Shown one piece after another: positions 1-8,640 of a stretch of 64,000 nucleotides of DNA. Position 1 is the first letter of the stretch, and each line of letters begins with the position of its first letter. A model generated the notes under the pieces. It ran no database searches and was not told the DNA's origin. It saw only the letters and a program-made list of their open reading frames with translations. A program made the translations under genes and the position numbers. Origin of the DNA: Ruegeria halocynthiae (lineage in GTDB: Bacteria; Pseudomonadota; Alphaproteobacteria; Rhodobacterales; Rhodobacteraceae); the NCBI RefSeq assembly GCF_000743705.1, contig NZ_JQEZ01000002.1:490862-554861 (forward strand). The letters are read 5' to 3'.

Positions 1-1161
1 CAGCCAGACGCAGGGTGCGCACATGCGTCCACGCCCCGGCCAGTGGCGTATCCTGGCTGATGCCCTGCGCCCCGAACATCTGAACGGCCTCGTCGATCAC
101 CTTCAGAGCGACACGGGGGGCGACAACCTTGATCTGGCTGATCCACGGCGCGGCGGCGCGTGCGTCGCCCTGATCCATGTACCAGGCGGCCTTGAGGCAC
201 AACAGACGGGCCATTTCGATTTCCATCCGGCATTCGGCAAGGATGTCATAGTTGGCCCCCAGCTGGGCCAGCTTCTTGCCGAACGCCTCGCGCCGCAATG
301 CGCGTTTGCACATCTGTTCCAGCGCTGTTTCGGCCTGTCCGATGGCACGCATACAGTGGTGAATGCGCCCCGGCCCCAGACGGCCTTGCGCAATTTCGAA
401 CCCGCGCCCTTCGCCCAGCAATATGTTTTCAGCCGGGACACGGACATTGGTAAACCGGATATGCATATGCCCATGCGGCGCGTCGTCGTGGCCGTACACC
501 TCCATCGGGCGCAGGACCTCAATCCCCGAGGTACCTGCCGGCACCACAATCATCGACTGACGTTTGTGTTTGGGCTGCTCGTCCCCGGCGGTCTTGACCA
601 TCACGATATAGACCTGACAGCGCGGATCACCGGCCCCGGACGCCCACCATTTCTCGCCGTTCAGGACATAATCATCGCCGTCGCGCACGCAGGACATCGA
701 AATATTGGTCGCATCCGAGGACGCAACGTCCGGTTCCGTCATCAGGTAGGCCGATCGAATCTCACCTTCCAGCAACGGCTTGAGCCATTGCTCTTTCATC
801 TTTGCGGTGCCGTAACGCTCGAACACTTCCATATTGCCGGTATCGGGGGCGGAACAGTTGAACACCTCGGCGCCCAGGGGCGTCTTGCCCATCTCTTCGG
901 CGAAATAGGCGTATTCAACGGTTGTCAGGCCAAACCCTTTTTCACTGTCGGTCAGCCAGAAATTCCAAAGACCGGCCGCTTTGGCGCGGGCCTTCAGCCC
1001 CTCCAGGATTTCGGTCTGCCGTTCAGTGTACTGCCAACGGTCGCCTTTGTTGATTTCGGCCTGATATTCTTCTTCCAGCGGCATGATCTCATCCCGGATC
1101 ATATCCGTCACACGTTGCAGCAGTTCGCGGTTTTCACCACGCAGGCCGAATGACATGTTCA
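1..1161 (-). CDS. Acyl-CoA dehydrogenase family protein (ACAD10/11-like); C-terminus runs off the window edge
   Basis: Reverse-strand translation starts MNMSFGLRGENRELLQRVTDMIRDEIMPLEEEYQAEI and has the ACAD fold pattern. Start ATG at 1159-1161 with GGAGGAG RBS complement at 1172-1178. The listed + ORF 23..1153 is its antisense shadow. Confidence 0.75.
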
Positions 1162-1292
1162 TTTATTTTTCTCCTCCGCCCCGGCAACCGGGCTTTACCT
1201 TTAACAAGAGAATGACTTAGCTGCCGTCACGATGTCCAGCTAGGTGACGGAACGTCAATACAATCAAAATTGAACCAGAGGTGGAGTGCGAA

Positions 1293-2228
1293 ATGGCCTT
1301 GTTGATCGAATCCGGCCTGTCCGATTGGATGAGTGACAGCGATATTGCCCTTGAAATTCAACGCATACACCCGTCTCTGGATGTGCGGACGCCCCAAACA
1401 ATAGGCGATGTCAGCGAGATCACGATGATCGGTGTGGTCAGCTTGCAGGACGCGCATCTTCAGCGCCTGCCGAACCTGCGACTGATCCAGAAACTGGGTG
1501 CCGGGGTGGAAACAATTGTCGGCAATCCCAACCTGCCGGACCACGTGCGCGTGGCGCGGCTGAAACCGGACGCCCCGGCGCAGGGTATTGCCGAATGGTT
1601 TGTGACCTATGTCCTGCACCGTCAACGACATGTGGCCTTTCACCAGGCGGCGCAAAGCCGCGCGGAATGGACCCCCAAAGAGCCGGGCTTTTCGCCGAAC
1701 ACCGTGGTGGGTGTGCTTGGGCTGGGCCACATCGGCGCGCGTAGCGCCAGAATGCTGCGTGCAATCGGGTTTCAGGTCATGGGTTGGAGCCGCTCACCCA
1801 AACAGATCGAAGGCGTCACCTGTTTGCACGGTCAGGACGCCTTGCCTGAATTGCTGGCGCAATGCGATCACCTCTGCGCCATCCTGCCCTCGACCCCGCA
1901 GACGGTCGGAATGTTCGATGCGCAGATGCTGGCTGCTATGAAGCCCAGAAGCCAATTGCTGAACGCCGGTCGCGGGGATCTGATTGACGAAACCGCCCTG
2001 ATCGCCGCATTGGACAAGGGCGCGCCCGGCCACGCGGTTCTGGATGTAACCAGCCACGAACCGCTGCCGTCGGACAGCCCATTGTGGGCCCATCCCGGCG
2101 TTACGATCACTCCGCACGTCTCCGGCTGGCATCTGGGCGAAGCCCTTGCCGATGTGGTCGAGAATTTTCAGCGGCTGAATGCAGGAACCCCGCTGCTGCA
2201 CGAGGTCGACCGCACCCGCGGCTATTGA
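1293..2228 (+). CDS. D-isomer-specific 2-hydroxyacid dehydrogenase (glyoxylate/hydroxypyruvate reductase A-like)
   Basis: NAD-binding GVLGLGHIGARSA motif and family signature LLNAGRGDLIDETALIAAL...HVSG. The ATG at 1293 is better spaced from GAGGTGGAG than the ATG at 1281. Confidence 0.8.
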   Translation: MALLIESGLSDWMSDSDIALEIQRIHPSLDVRTPQTIGDVSEITMIGVVSLQDAHLQRLPNLRLIQKLGAGVETIVGNPNLPDHVRVARLKPDAPAQGIAEWFVTYVLHRQRHVAFHQAAQSRAEWTPKEPGFSPNTVVGVLGLGHIGARSARMLRAIGFQVMGWSRSPKQIEGVTCLHGQDALPELLAQCDHLCAILPSTPQTVGMFDAQMLAAMKPRSQLLNAGRGDLIDETALIAALDKGAPGHAVLDVTSHEPLPSDSPLWAHPGVTITPHVSGWHLGEALADVVENFQRLNAGTPLLHEVDRTRGY

Positions 2229-2235
2229 ACCCCGG

Positions 2236-2592
2236 TCAGGGCGTCAGAACCCAGTTGCCCGCAGCATCACGACATCTGCGCGTCCTGATCTCACGCGTTT
2301 CATCCGCGCCTGCTGGCTGAATAAAATGCTGTAGTTGAACACAGTTGTCACGCACTTCGCCCACGCGGATTGTGCCTTTCGATCCCGTCTCATCGCTGTG
2401 CCAGGTGCTTTCCGTACCGACCTGCGGCGTACCACCCGCCAGCATCGCGTCGGCGGTTGCGGCGACAATATTAAAGTCCGCCGGGCTCAGACCCGTTTCC
2501 GCAATGATCCGCGACAAGGGTTTGGCTTGTGTAACTGCGGCTAGCCCCAACAAAGCTGCTGCCACCACTGTAGAAGATATCCAGGCTTTCAT
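2236..2592 (-). CDS. Hypothetical secreted protein (signal peptide MKAWISSTVVAAALLGLAAVTQA)
   Basis: 119-aa ORF with a clear Sec signal peptide. No domain recognised. Confidence 0.5.
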   Translation of the reverse strand: MKAWISSTVVAAALLGLAAVTQAKPLSRIIAETGLSPADFNIVAATADAMLAGGTPQVGTESTWHSDETGSKGTIRVGEVRDNCVQLQHFIQPAGADETREIRTRRCRDAAGNWVLTP

Positions 2593-2767
2593 GATCGCCT
2601 CGTCATGCTGAAATAGATTTGCATTCAAGACTATACTGGCAAGGGGCGGCGGCCAAGCCCTGTAAGGCGACCTTCAAATTATCCCGAATAAACCTATCGC
2701 AAGTCTGATGCTAGGACCGGCGGGCCGATCCCCTCATAGTGCCCAAAAGACGAAACAGAGGCTTTCG

Positions 2768-3601
2768 ATGGCACACCCAACGTATTATGCGCCCAAAGGC
2801 GGTCATCCCGGTCAGGATCAACTGTTGACCGACCGGGCCATGTTCACCGACGCCTATGCGGTGATTCCCAAAGGCACGATGCGCGACATTGTCACCAGCT
2901 TTTTGCCGTTCTGGGAACACACCCGGCTTTGGGTGTTGTCCCGTCCCCTCAGCGGTTTTGCCGAAACCTTTTCCCAATACATCATGGAGGTCCAACCCGG
3001 TGGCGGCAGCGACACCCCCGAGACCGACACGCGGGCGCAGGCCGTCCTGTTCGTGGTCGAAGGCGCGGTAACGCTGACGCTGGACGGTGACGTTCATGTG
3101 CTCGAAACCGGCGGATACGCCTATATCCCCGCCGGATCCGACTGGGCCCTGCACAACCGCGCGGATGAAACGGCGCGCTTTCACTGGGTTCGCAAGGCGT
3201 ATGAGGCCGTCCCCGGCCTGCCTGCCCCCGAACCGATCATCACCAACGAACGCGACGTCCCCCCCACGCCGATGCCCGGAACCGAAGGACGCTGGGCCAC
3301 CACCCGCTTTACCGACCCGCAGGACCTGCGGCACGACATGCACGTCAATATCGTCACCTTTGAACCCGGCGGCGTGATCCCCTTTGCCGAAACCCACGTC
3401 ATGGAACACGGGTTGTATGTGCTCGAGGGCAAAGCGGTCTATCGCCTCAACCAGGATTGGGTCGAGGTCGAGGCCGGCGATTACATGTGGCTGCGCGCCT
3501 TCTGCCCGCAGGCCTGTTACGCGGGCGGCCCGGGGCGATTCCGTTACTTGTTGTACAAGGACGTGAACCGCCATATGACTCTGTCATATCCCCAACGTTA
3601 A
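2768..3601 (+). CDS. allE: (S)-ureidoglycine aminohydrolase (bicupin, YlbA/AllE family)
   Basis: Colinear similarity to E. coli YlbA, including the C-terminal region (HV.EHG.Y.L.G.GVY.L...W..V..GDY....Y..Q..Y..G...F.Y..YKD.NR). AGAGG RBS before the ATG at 2768. Confidence 0.8.
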   Translation: MAHPTYYAPKGGHPGQDQLLTDRAMFTDAYAVIPKGTMRDIVTSFLPFWEHTRLWVLSRPLSGFAETFSQYIMEVQPGGGSDTPETDTRAQAVLFVVEGAVTLTLDGDVHVLETGGYAYIPAGSDWALHNRADETARFHWVRKAYEAVPGLPAPEPIITNERDVPPTPMPGTEGRWATTRFTDPQDLRHDMHVNIVTFEPGGVIPFAETHVMEHGLYVLEGKAVYRLNQDWVEVEAGDYMWLRAFCPQACYAGGPGRFRYLLYKDVNRHMTLSYPQR

Positions 3602-3690
3602 AGTGGTTCAGGCTTTTTGCGGGCCAGGGGTTCACAGAAGCGCTTGAATCTGGTGAAATAACATCGGTTTTTAGCACTGGAGATTGTTCA

Positions 3691-4014
3691 ATGGTACTGC
3701 GCGCAACAACGCTGACACTGGCAGCTGTAATTGGATTGACGGCAATCGACGTCACCCCGGCTGTCGCAAAAGAGGAAACCAAATCGGTTTCCGTCATGAG
3801 CCGCACCTGGGCCATTACGCAAGTCTCGGAATCTCCGGTGGTTTATCGCGCCACACGCGACAACAACAACCTGAACCCCTTTGGTCCGCCGCCGCGCCTG
3901 CGCACAATTCAGGCCATCGCCGCCATTCAGCAAGCGACCGGGTGTAAGCCGATTGTGGCCAGCATGTATCAAAACATCTCGGGCCAGTTCTTTTCACAGG
4001 TCAGCTGCAACTGA
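3691..4014 (+). CDS. Hypothetical small secreted protein
   Basis: 107 aa with an N-terminal signal peptide (MVLRATTLTLAAVIGLTAIDVTPAVA). GGAG RBS. Sits inside the purine cluster. Confidence 0.5.
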   Translation: MVLRATTLTLAAVIGLTAIDVTPAVAKEETKSVSVMSRTWAITQVSESPVVYRATRDNNNLNPFGPPPRLRTIQAIAAIQQATGCKPIVASMYQNISGQFFSQVSCN

Positions 4015-4068
4015 CCTTGGGCCGAAACGGGCATTGAGGTCTGACCGGCGCGCTGCCATAGCTTGCCC

Positions 4069-5055
4069 ATGAAACTTGCGATCAATGGATTCGGCCGCAT
4101 CGGCCGCACGATCTTGCGGCAGATTCTGGCGTTACCGCAGGATGCTGGTATCGAGCTGGTGCTGATCAACGATATCGCACCGCTGGAGACCTGCGCCTAC
4201 CTGTTTAAATACGACAGCACCTTTGGCCCTTATCCCGGCAGGGTCGATCAGGGCGAAGGGGCCATCGTTATCGACGACCGCCCGGTCCCGGTCACTCATG
4301 CCCGGGACCTGACGCGGGTGGATCTGTCCGGCGTCGATGTCCTGATGGATTGCACCGGTGTTGCGCGCACATCGGATGTCGCCAGCCAGGGGCTGACCGC
4401 AGGGGCAAGCAAGGTCCTGATCTCGGGCCCATCGCCTGCAACGGAAATCACCATCGTCTTGGGCGCAAACGAAAATCAACTGGGCAATGCACGGATCGTA
4501 TCCAACGCATCCTGCACCACCAACGGGCTTGCGCCGCTGGTCAAGGTGCTGGACGGGATCGGCGGCATCGCGTCGGCCCATATGACAACTATCCACTGTT
4601 ACACGAACAGCCAGCCCATGGTGGACGCCCCCCGGGGTGATCTGGCACGCTCGCGCGCCGGTGCGCTGTCCATGGTTCCCACAACCACCAGCGCCACGCA
4701 GTTGATCGACGAGGTTATGCCCCACCTTGCAGGCCGCATTTCCGGCGCAGCGGTCCGCGTTCCAACAGCCAGCGTCTCTGCCGTGGACTTGGTCGTGACC
4801 TTGGAACGTGGAATGTCCGCCGCCACGTTTGACGCCGAATTGCGCAGGGCCGTCGCGCAATCCGCCGTTCTGGGCTGGACCGATTCCCCGCTGGTGTCCT
4901 CCGACCTGCGCACACGGCCGGAATCGCTTGTCATCGCAGGCCCGGAAACCCGGATGGTGGGCGAACATCAGGTCCGTGTCTTTGGATGGTATGACAACGA
5001 ATGGGGCTTTTCGGCACGGATGCTGGACGTCGCCCGCCTCATGACCCACGGCTGA
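4069..5055 (+). CDS. Type I glyceraldehyde-3-phosphate dehydrogenase family protein (paralogue)
   Basis: MKLAINGFGRIGR NAD-binding start, catalytic SNASCTTNGLAP, and TTIHCYTNSQ / WYDNEWGFS signatures. Confidence 0.8.
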   Translation: MKLAINGFGRIGRTILRQILALPQDAGIELVLINDIAPLETCAYLFKYDSTFGPYPGRVDQGEGAIVIDDRPVPVTHARDLTRVDLSGVDVLMDCTGVARTSDVASQGLTAGASKVLISGPSPATEITIVLGANENQLGNARIVSNASCTTNGLAPLVKVLDGIGGIASAHMTTIHCYTNSQPMVDAPRGDLARSRAGALSMVPTTTSATQLIDEVMPHLAGRISGAAVRVPTASVSAVDLVVTLERGMSAATFDAELRRAVAQSAVLGWTDSPLVSSDLRTRPESLVIAGPETRMVGEHQVRVFGWYDNEWGFSARMLDVARLMTHG

Positions 5056-5157
5056 TCGGGGCGCGCCTGCAGCGGGCGGGCATAGCCCGCACGCTGCCCG
5101 GCCCAACTGGTCCCGAGCATCTGTGATGCGACCGGACCAGGCGGGAGGCCCCGCTGA

Positions 5158-5646
5158 TTACCCGGGCACAACCTCATATGGGGTGTCGAACCAGAACTCT
5201 TCCAGATTGCCGCCGCCGCCGATCCTGTCGACCACCGCGAACAGGCCGGGGCCATGCAAAGGCGTCAGGACACCATGCCACGTTCCCCGGTGATAGTTCA
5301 CCGCCTGACCGGGGGTGGTCACAAAGGCCAGCGGTTGGCCGGGGCGTCCACCGACATCCGGCGCGACAACGACCAGAAAGGGTTGGTGCGTCATGGGAAT
5401 GAACGCCTGACTGCCGTCCGGATGCCGTTCGACCATGTCCAGTTGATACGGCAAAGCCCGAGGGTTCGCATTGAACAGGCTGATACCCGCCACGCCGTCA
5501 GAAAACTCAAGCTGCGCGCGATCATGATACCGGCCGCACTGTCCCTGATTGATGACCTTGTCCGGGTCACCTGCGACCTCGATCACATCGCCAAAGGGCG
5601 CGAAAGCCTTGGCCGTCAGCGGCGAAACAACGATCCGGCGGCTCAT
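5158..5646 (-). CDS. allA: Ureidoglycolate lyase (AllA family)
   Basis: 162-aa cupin. Its start overlaps the stop of the upstream puuE-uraD fusion (5643-5646). Fits the pathway context. Confidence 0.8.
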   Translation of the reverse strand: MSRRIVVSPLTAKAFAPFGDVIEVAGDPDKVINQGQCGRYHDRAQLEFSDGVAGISLFNANPRALPYQLDMVERHPDGSQAFIPMTHQPFLVVVAPDVGGRPGQPLAFVTTPGQAVNYHRGTWHGVLTPLHGPGLFAVVDRIGGGGNLEEFWFDTPYEVVPG

Positions 5647-7061
5647 GACGACAACAGGTCTTTCAGACGGAATTCAGCGATCCTTTCAACCTGACGGCAG
5701 GCCTCGGCGAATTCGGTGTTGCGGTCCTGCGCGATCCGGCGTTGAAACGCCTGCTGGATCGATGCCTTGTCATGATCGCGCACGGCGATGATGAACGGGA
5801 ACCCGAATTTCTGAGTGTAGCCCTGGTTCAATTCCGTGAATGCCGCGCGCTCCTGATCCGTCAGCGCATCCAACCCGGCCGAGGCTTGTTCAGACGTGCT
5901 TTCCTGTGTCAGCCGTTTGGCCTGCGCCAGCTTGCCTGCCAAATCCGGGTGCGCCGTCAACACGCCCAAACGCTCTTCTTCGGACGCTGAGCGGAACATG
6001 CGGGTCAACGCACTGTGCAAGCCTCCTGCGGTGTCATGCGCCGGGCCAAGTTCAAGGTCAAAGGCACGTTCGGCAATCCAGGCGGAATGTTCGAAAATGC
6101 CACCATATGCCTCAACGAACTCCTCGCGGTCCATCTCAGAAGGCTTGGGCCGATCCGCCGGAGGATGAAGTGCTGCCCAATGTTCAGCAATCTGCAAACG
6201 CGTCGCAAACCACACGTCGGAAAACCCGTGCGCATAATCCAGGAACCGCTTCAGCGCCATAACCCGCCCCGGTCGCCCGATCAGGCGGCAATGCAGGCCA
6301 ATCGACAGCATCTTGGGCGCACCCGCCTCTCCTTCGGCATAAAGCGCGTCAAAACTGTCTTTGAGGTATGAAAAGAACTGATCACCCGCGTTGAACCCCT
6401 GTGGCGTGGCAAAGCGCATGTCGTTGCAATCCAGCGTGTAGGGAACAATCAATTGATCACGCCCGCCCGTGCGCATCCAATAGGGCAGATCATCTGCATA
6501 GGTGTCAGCAACATAGGCAAAGCCGCCCTCTTCAGCGACCAGCCGCGCCGTGTTTTCCGAGCAGCGCCCGGTGTACCAACCGCGCGGGCGTTCGCCCACG
6601 ACCTCGGTGTGCAAGCGGATGGCTTCGGCGATCTGGGCGCGCTCTTCCTCCTCGGGCATATCCTTGTGTTCGACCCATTTCAGACCGTGGCTGGCGATTT
6701 CCCAGCCTGCCGATTTCATCGCCGACAACTGATCCGGAGATCGGGCCAAGGCGGTGGCCACACCGTAAACCGTAATCGGTAGATCCTGCATCAGCCGGTG
6801 CAGACGCCAGAACCCCGCCCGCGCGCCATACTCATAGATCGATTCCATGTTCCAGTGACGCTGACCGGGCCATTGCGCCGCGCCAACAATCTCGGACAGG
6901 AACGCCTCGGACGCCGCGTCGCCATGCAAGACGCAGTTTTCGCCGCCCTCTTCATAGTTCAGTACGATCTGGATCGCCAGCTTGGCACCACCAGGCCATT
7001 GGGCATCCGGCGGGGTGGCGCCATATCCGATCATGTCGCGGGGATAACGGGGGGGCTGCAT
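5643..7061 (-). CDS. puuE: Bifunctional allantoinase (PuuE, polysaccharide-deacetylase type) / OHCU decarboxylase (UraD) fusion
   Basis: N-terminal ~300 aa is PuuE-like (YPRDMIGYG...WPGGAKLAIQIVLNYEEGGE). C-terminal ~165 aa is OHCU-decarboxylase-like (HPDLAGK...FPFIIAVR). Confidence 0.8.
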   Translation of the reverse strand: MQPPRYPRDMIGYGATPPDAQWPGGAKLAIQIVLNYEEGGENCVLHGDAASEAFLSEIVGAAQWPGQRHWNMESIYEYGARAGFWRLHRLMQDLPITVYGVATALARSPDQLSAMKSAGWEIASHGLKWVEHKDMPEEEERAQIAEAIRLHTEVVGERPRGWYTGRCSENTARLVAEEGGFAYVADTYADDLPYWMRTGGRDQLIVPYTLDCNDMRFATPQGFNAGDQFFSYLKDSFDALYAEGEAGAPKMLSIGLHCRLIGRPGRVMALKRFLDYAHGFSDVWFATRLQIAEHWAALHPPADRPKPSEMDREEFVEAYGGIFEHSAWIAERAFDLELGPAHDTAGGLHSALTRMFRSASEEERLGVLTAHPDLAGKLAQAKRLTQESTSEQASAGLDALTDQERAAFTELNQGYTQKFGFPFIIAVRDHDKASIQQAFQRRIAQDRNTEFAEACRQVERIAEFRLKDLLSS

Positions 7062-7270
7062 TGTGTCTTCCGCCTTGGGTTTTCTAAGTTACCTACGCTT
7101 TAGCGCAGAATTGCAGGTAGTATTATCAAATCAATCCGAACGCTGTTTCCCTTTCTTTCGGTATTCCCAAAGTTTCGGGTTTCAAACGAGACTGTGCCAA
7201 ACAAAACCTGTTTGCCAAGACCGGTACGCAGCGGCAATGCTGAAAAGCGACGATAGACTAGGAGAACCCC

Positions 7271-7627
7271 GTGGCAGGATACCTGACGACCCATGTTTTG
7301 GACACGGCCCACGGCTGCCCCGCTGAGGGGCTGAAGATCACCCTGTTCGAACTGTCCGGCGAAAACCGCCGCAAACTGGCGGAAATGACCACCAATTCAG
7401 ACGGCCGCACCAACAGTCCGATCCTGCCGCAGGGCGCGTTCAAAACCGGTATTTATGAGCTGGTGTTCTTTGCCGGAGCCTATCTGCGCGCAACCGGGCA
7501 GGCCGTCGAAGACCCGCTGTTTCTGGATCAGGTTCCGATCCGCTTTGGCGTGTCAGACGATCAGGCGCATTACCATGTGCCACTTTTGCTGTCGCCCTTC
7601 GGGTATTCCACGTACCGGGGCAGCTAG
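7271..7627 (+). CDS. uraH: 5-hydroxyisourate hydrolase (transthyretin-like)
   Basis: 118 aa ending in the YRGS signature, with THVLDTAHGCPAEG. GTG start after an AGGAGAA RBS. Confidence 0.85.
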   Translation: MAGYLTTHVLDTAHGCPAEGLKITLFELSGENRRKLAEMTTNSDGRTNSPILPQGAFKTGIYELVFFAGAYLRATGQAVEDPLFLDQVPIRFGVSDDQAHYHVPLLLSPFGYSTYRGS

Positions 7628-7631
7628 GGGC

Positions 7632-8546
7632 TCAGACCTCGGAGGTGCGAACCACGTCGCTGATCCGCGCAATCATGAAATCCATGAACAGACGTACCTT
7701 GGGGTCCTGATGACGCCTGTGGGTATAAAGGCACGCCATCTGCACCGATACCGGTGGCGTATCGACCACGACCGGCACAAGCCGCCCCGCCTTGACGTGA
7801 TCAATCACCTCGAACACCGGTTTCATCACGATGCCCTGCCCCGATAAGGCCCAGTCGGTCAGTACATCCCCATCATCACATTCATACCGACCGGATACGG
7901 CATACCGCTTTGGTCCGTCAGGCGTTTCCAAAAGCCACTGAAACTCTGTCGCGCCGGGGAATCGCAGGTTCAGGCATTCATGCTGCCCGGACACCAGATC
8001 GGCCCCAGTCTGGGGCATTCCGTGCCGTTCAACATAATTCGGTGCCGCGCACAGCACGCGCTGGCAATCGGCAATCTTTCGGATTCGCAGGGTGCTGTCT
8101 TCGGGCTGACCTATGAAAAACGCCAGATCCAGCCCCTCGGTGGTCAAGTCAACGGATCTGTCGGTCAATCGAAGGCGCACGTCAATTTCGGGGTATTCGG
8201 ACAGAAAATCAGGAACATGCGGCGCCAACAACCGGCGACCCACACCCAAAGGTGCAGCCACAAACAACGTGCCACGCGGCGCTTCGGTCAAGTGGACCAC
8301 CTGTGCCTCAGCCTCATCCACCGCGTCCAGAACCGCCACCGCCCCGGGATAAAAGGCCCGCCCCTGCTCGGTCGGGCTGAGGTTGCGGGTGGTGCGCTGG
8401 AACAGGCGGACGCCTAGATGATCTTCAAGCTGCGAAATCCGTGCTGATGTCACCGCAGGCGATATCCGCAGGTCACGCCCCGCGGCGGACATGCTGCCCA
8501 GATCATAGACCCTGACGAACGTGCGTATATTGTCGAGGTAGGACAT
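7632..8546 (-). CDS. LysR-family transcriptional regulator (putative purine/urate-cluster regulator)
   Basis: N-terminal wHTH MSYLDNIRTFVRVYDLGSMSAAGRDLRISPAVTSARISQLE plus a LysR substrate-binding domain. Divergent from puuD. Confidence 0.8.
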   Translation of the reverse strand: MSYLDNIRTFVRVYDLGSMSAAGRDLRISPAVTSARISQLEDHLGVRLFQRTTRNLSPTEQGRAFYPGAVAVLDAVDEAEAQVVHLTEAPRGTLFVAAPLGVGRRLLAPHVPDFLSEYPEIDVRLRLTDRSVDLTTEGLDLAFFIGQPEDSTLRIRKIADCQRVLCAAPNYVERHGMPQTGADLVSGQHECLNLRFPGATEFQWLLETPDGPKRYAVSGRYECDDGDVLTDWALSGQGIVMKPVFEVIDHVKAGRLVPVVVDTPPVSVQMACLYTHRRHQDPKVRLFMDFMIARISDVVRTSEV

Positions 8547-8560
8547 CTTTCCGTTTTTTT

Positions 8561-8580
8561 TGATACAGTTTGACAATATA
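8561..8580. promoter_or_regulatory. Candidate LysR-type T-N11-A operator (ATAC-AGTTTGACAA-TAT) in the lysR/puuD divergent promoter
   Basis: ATA-N11-TAT dyad lies 60-80 bp upstream of the puuD start, in the 94-bp divergent intergenic region. Confidence 0.35.
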
Positions 8581-8640
8581 CGGGAATACCGAAGAAAAGC
8601 CGGTTTGCCTAGTGTGGCGACACGTAATCGGAGAACTTGC

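Noticed and set aside
23-1153. 376-aa + strand ORF at the window start
   Set aside because: It is the antisense shadow of a minus-strand acyl-CoA dehydrogenase gene whose translation gives clear ACAD motifs and has an RBS at 1172-1178. The plus-strand product is low complexity (R/G/A/P-rich).
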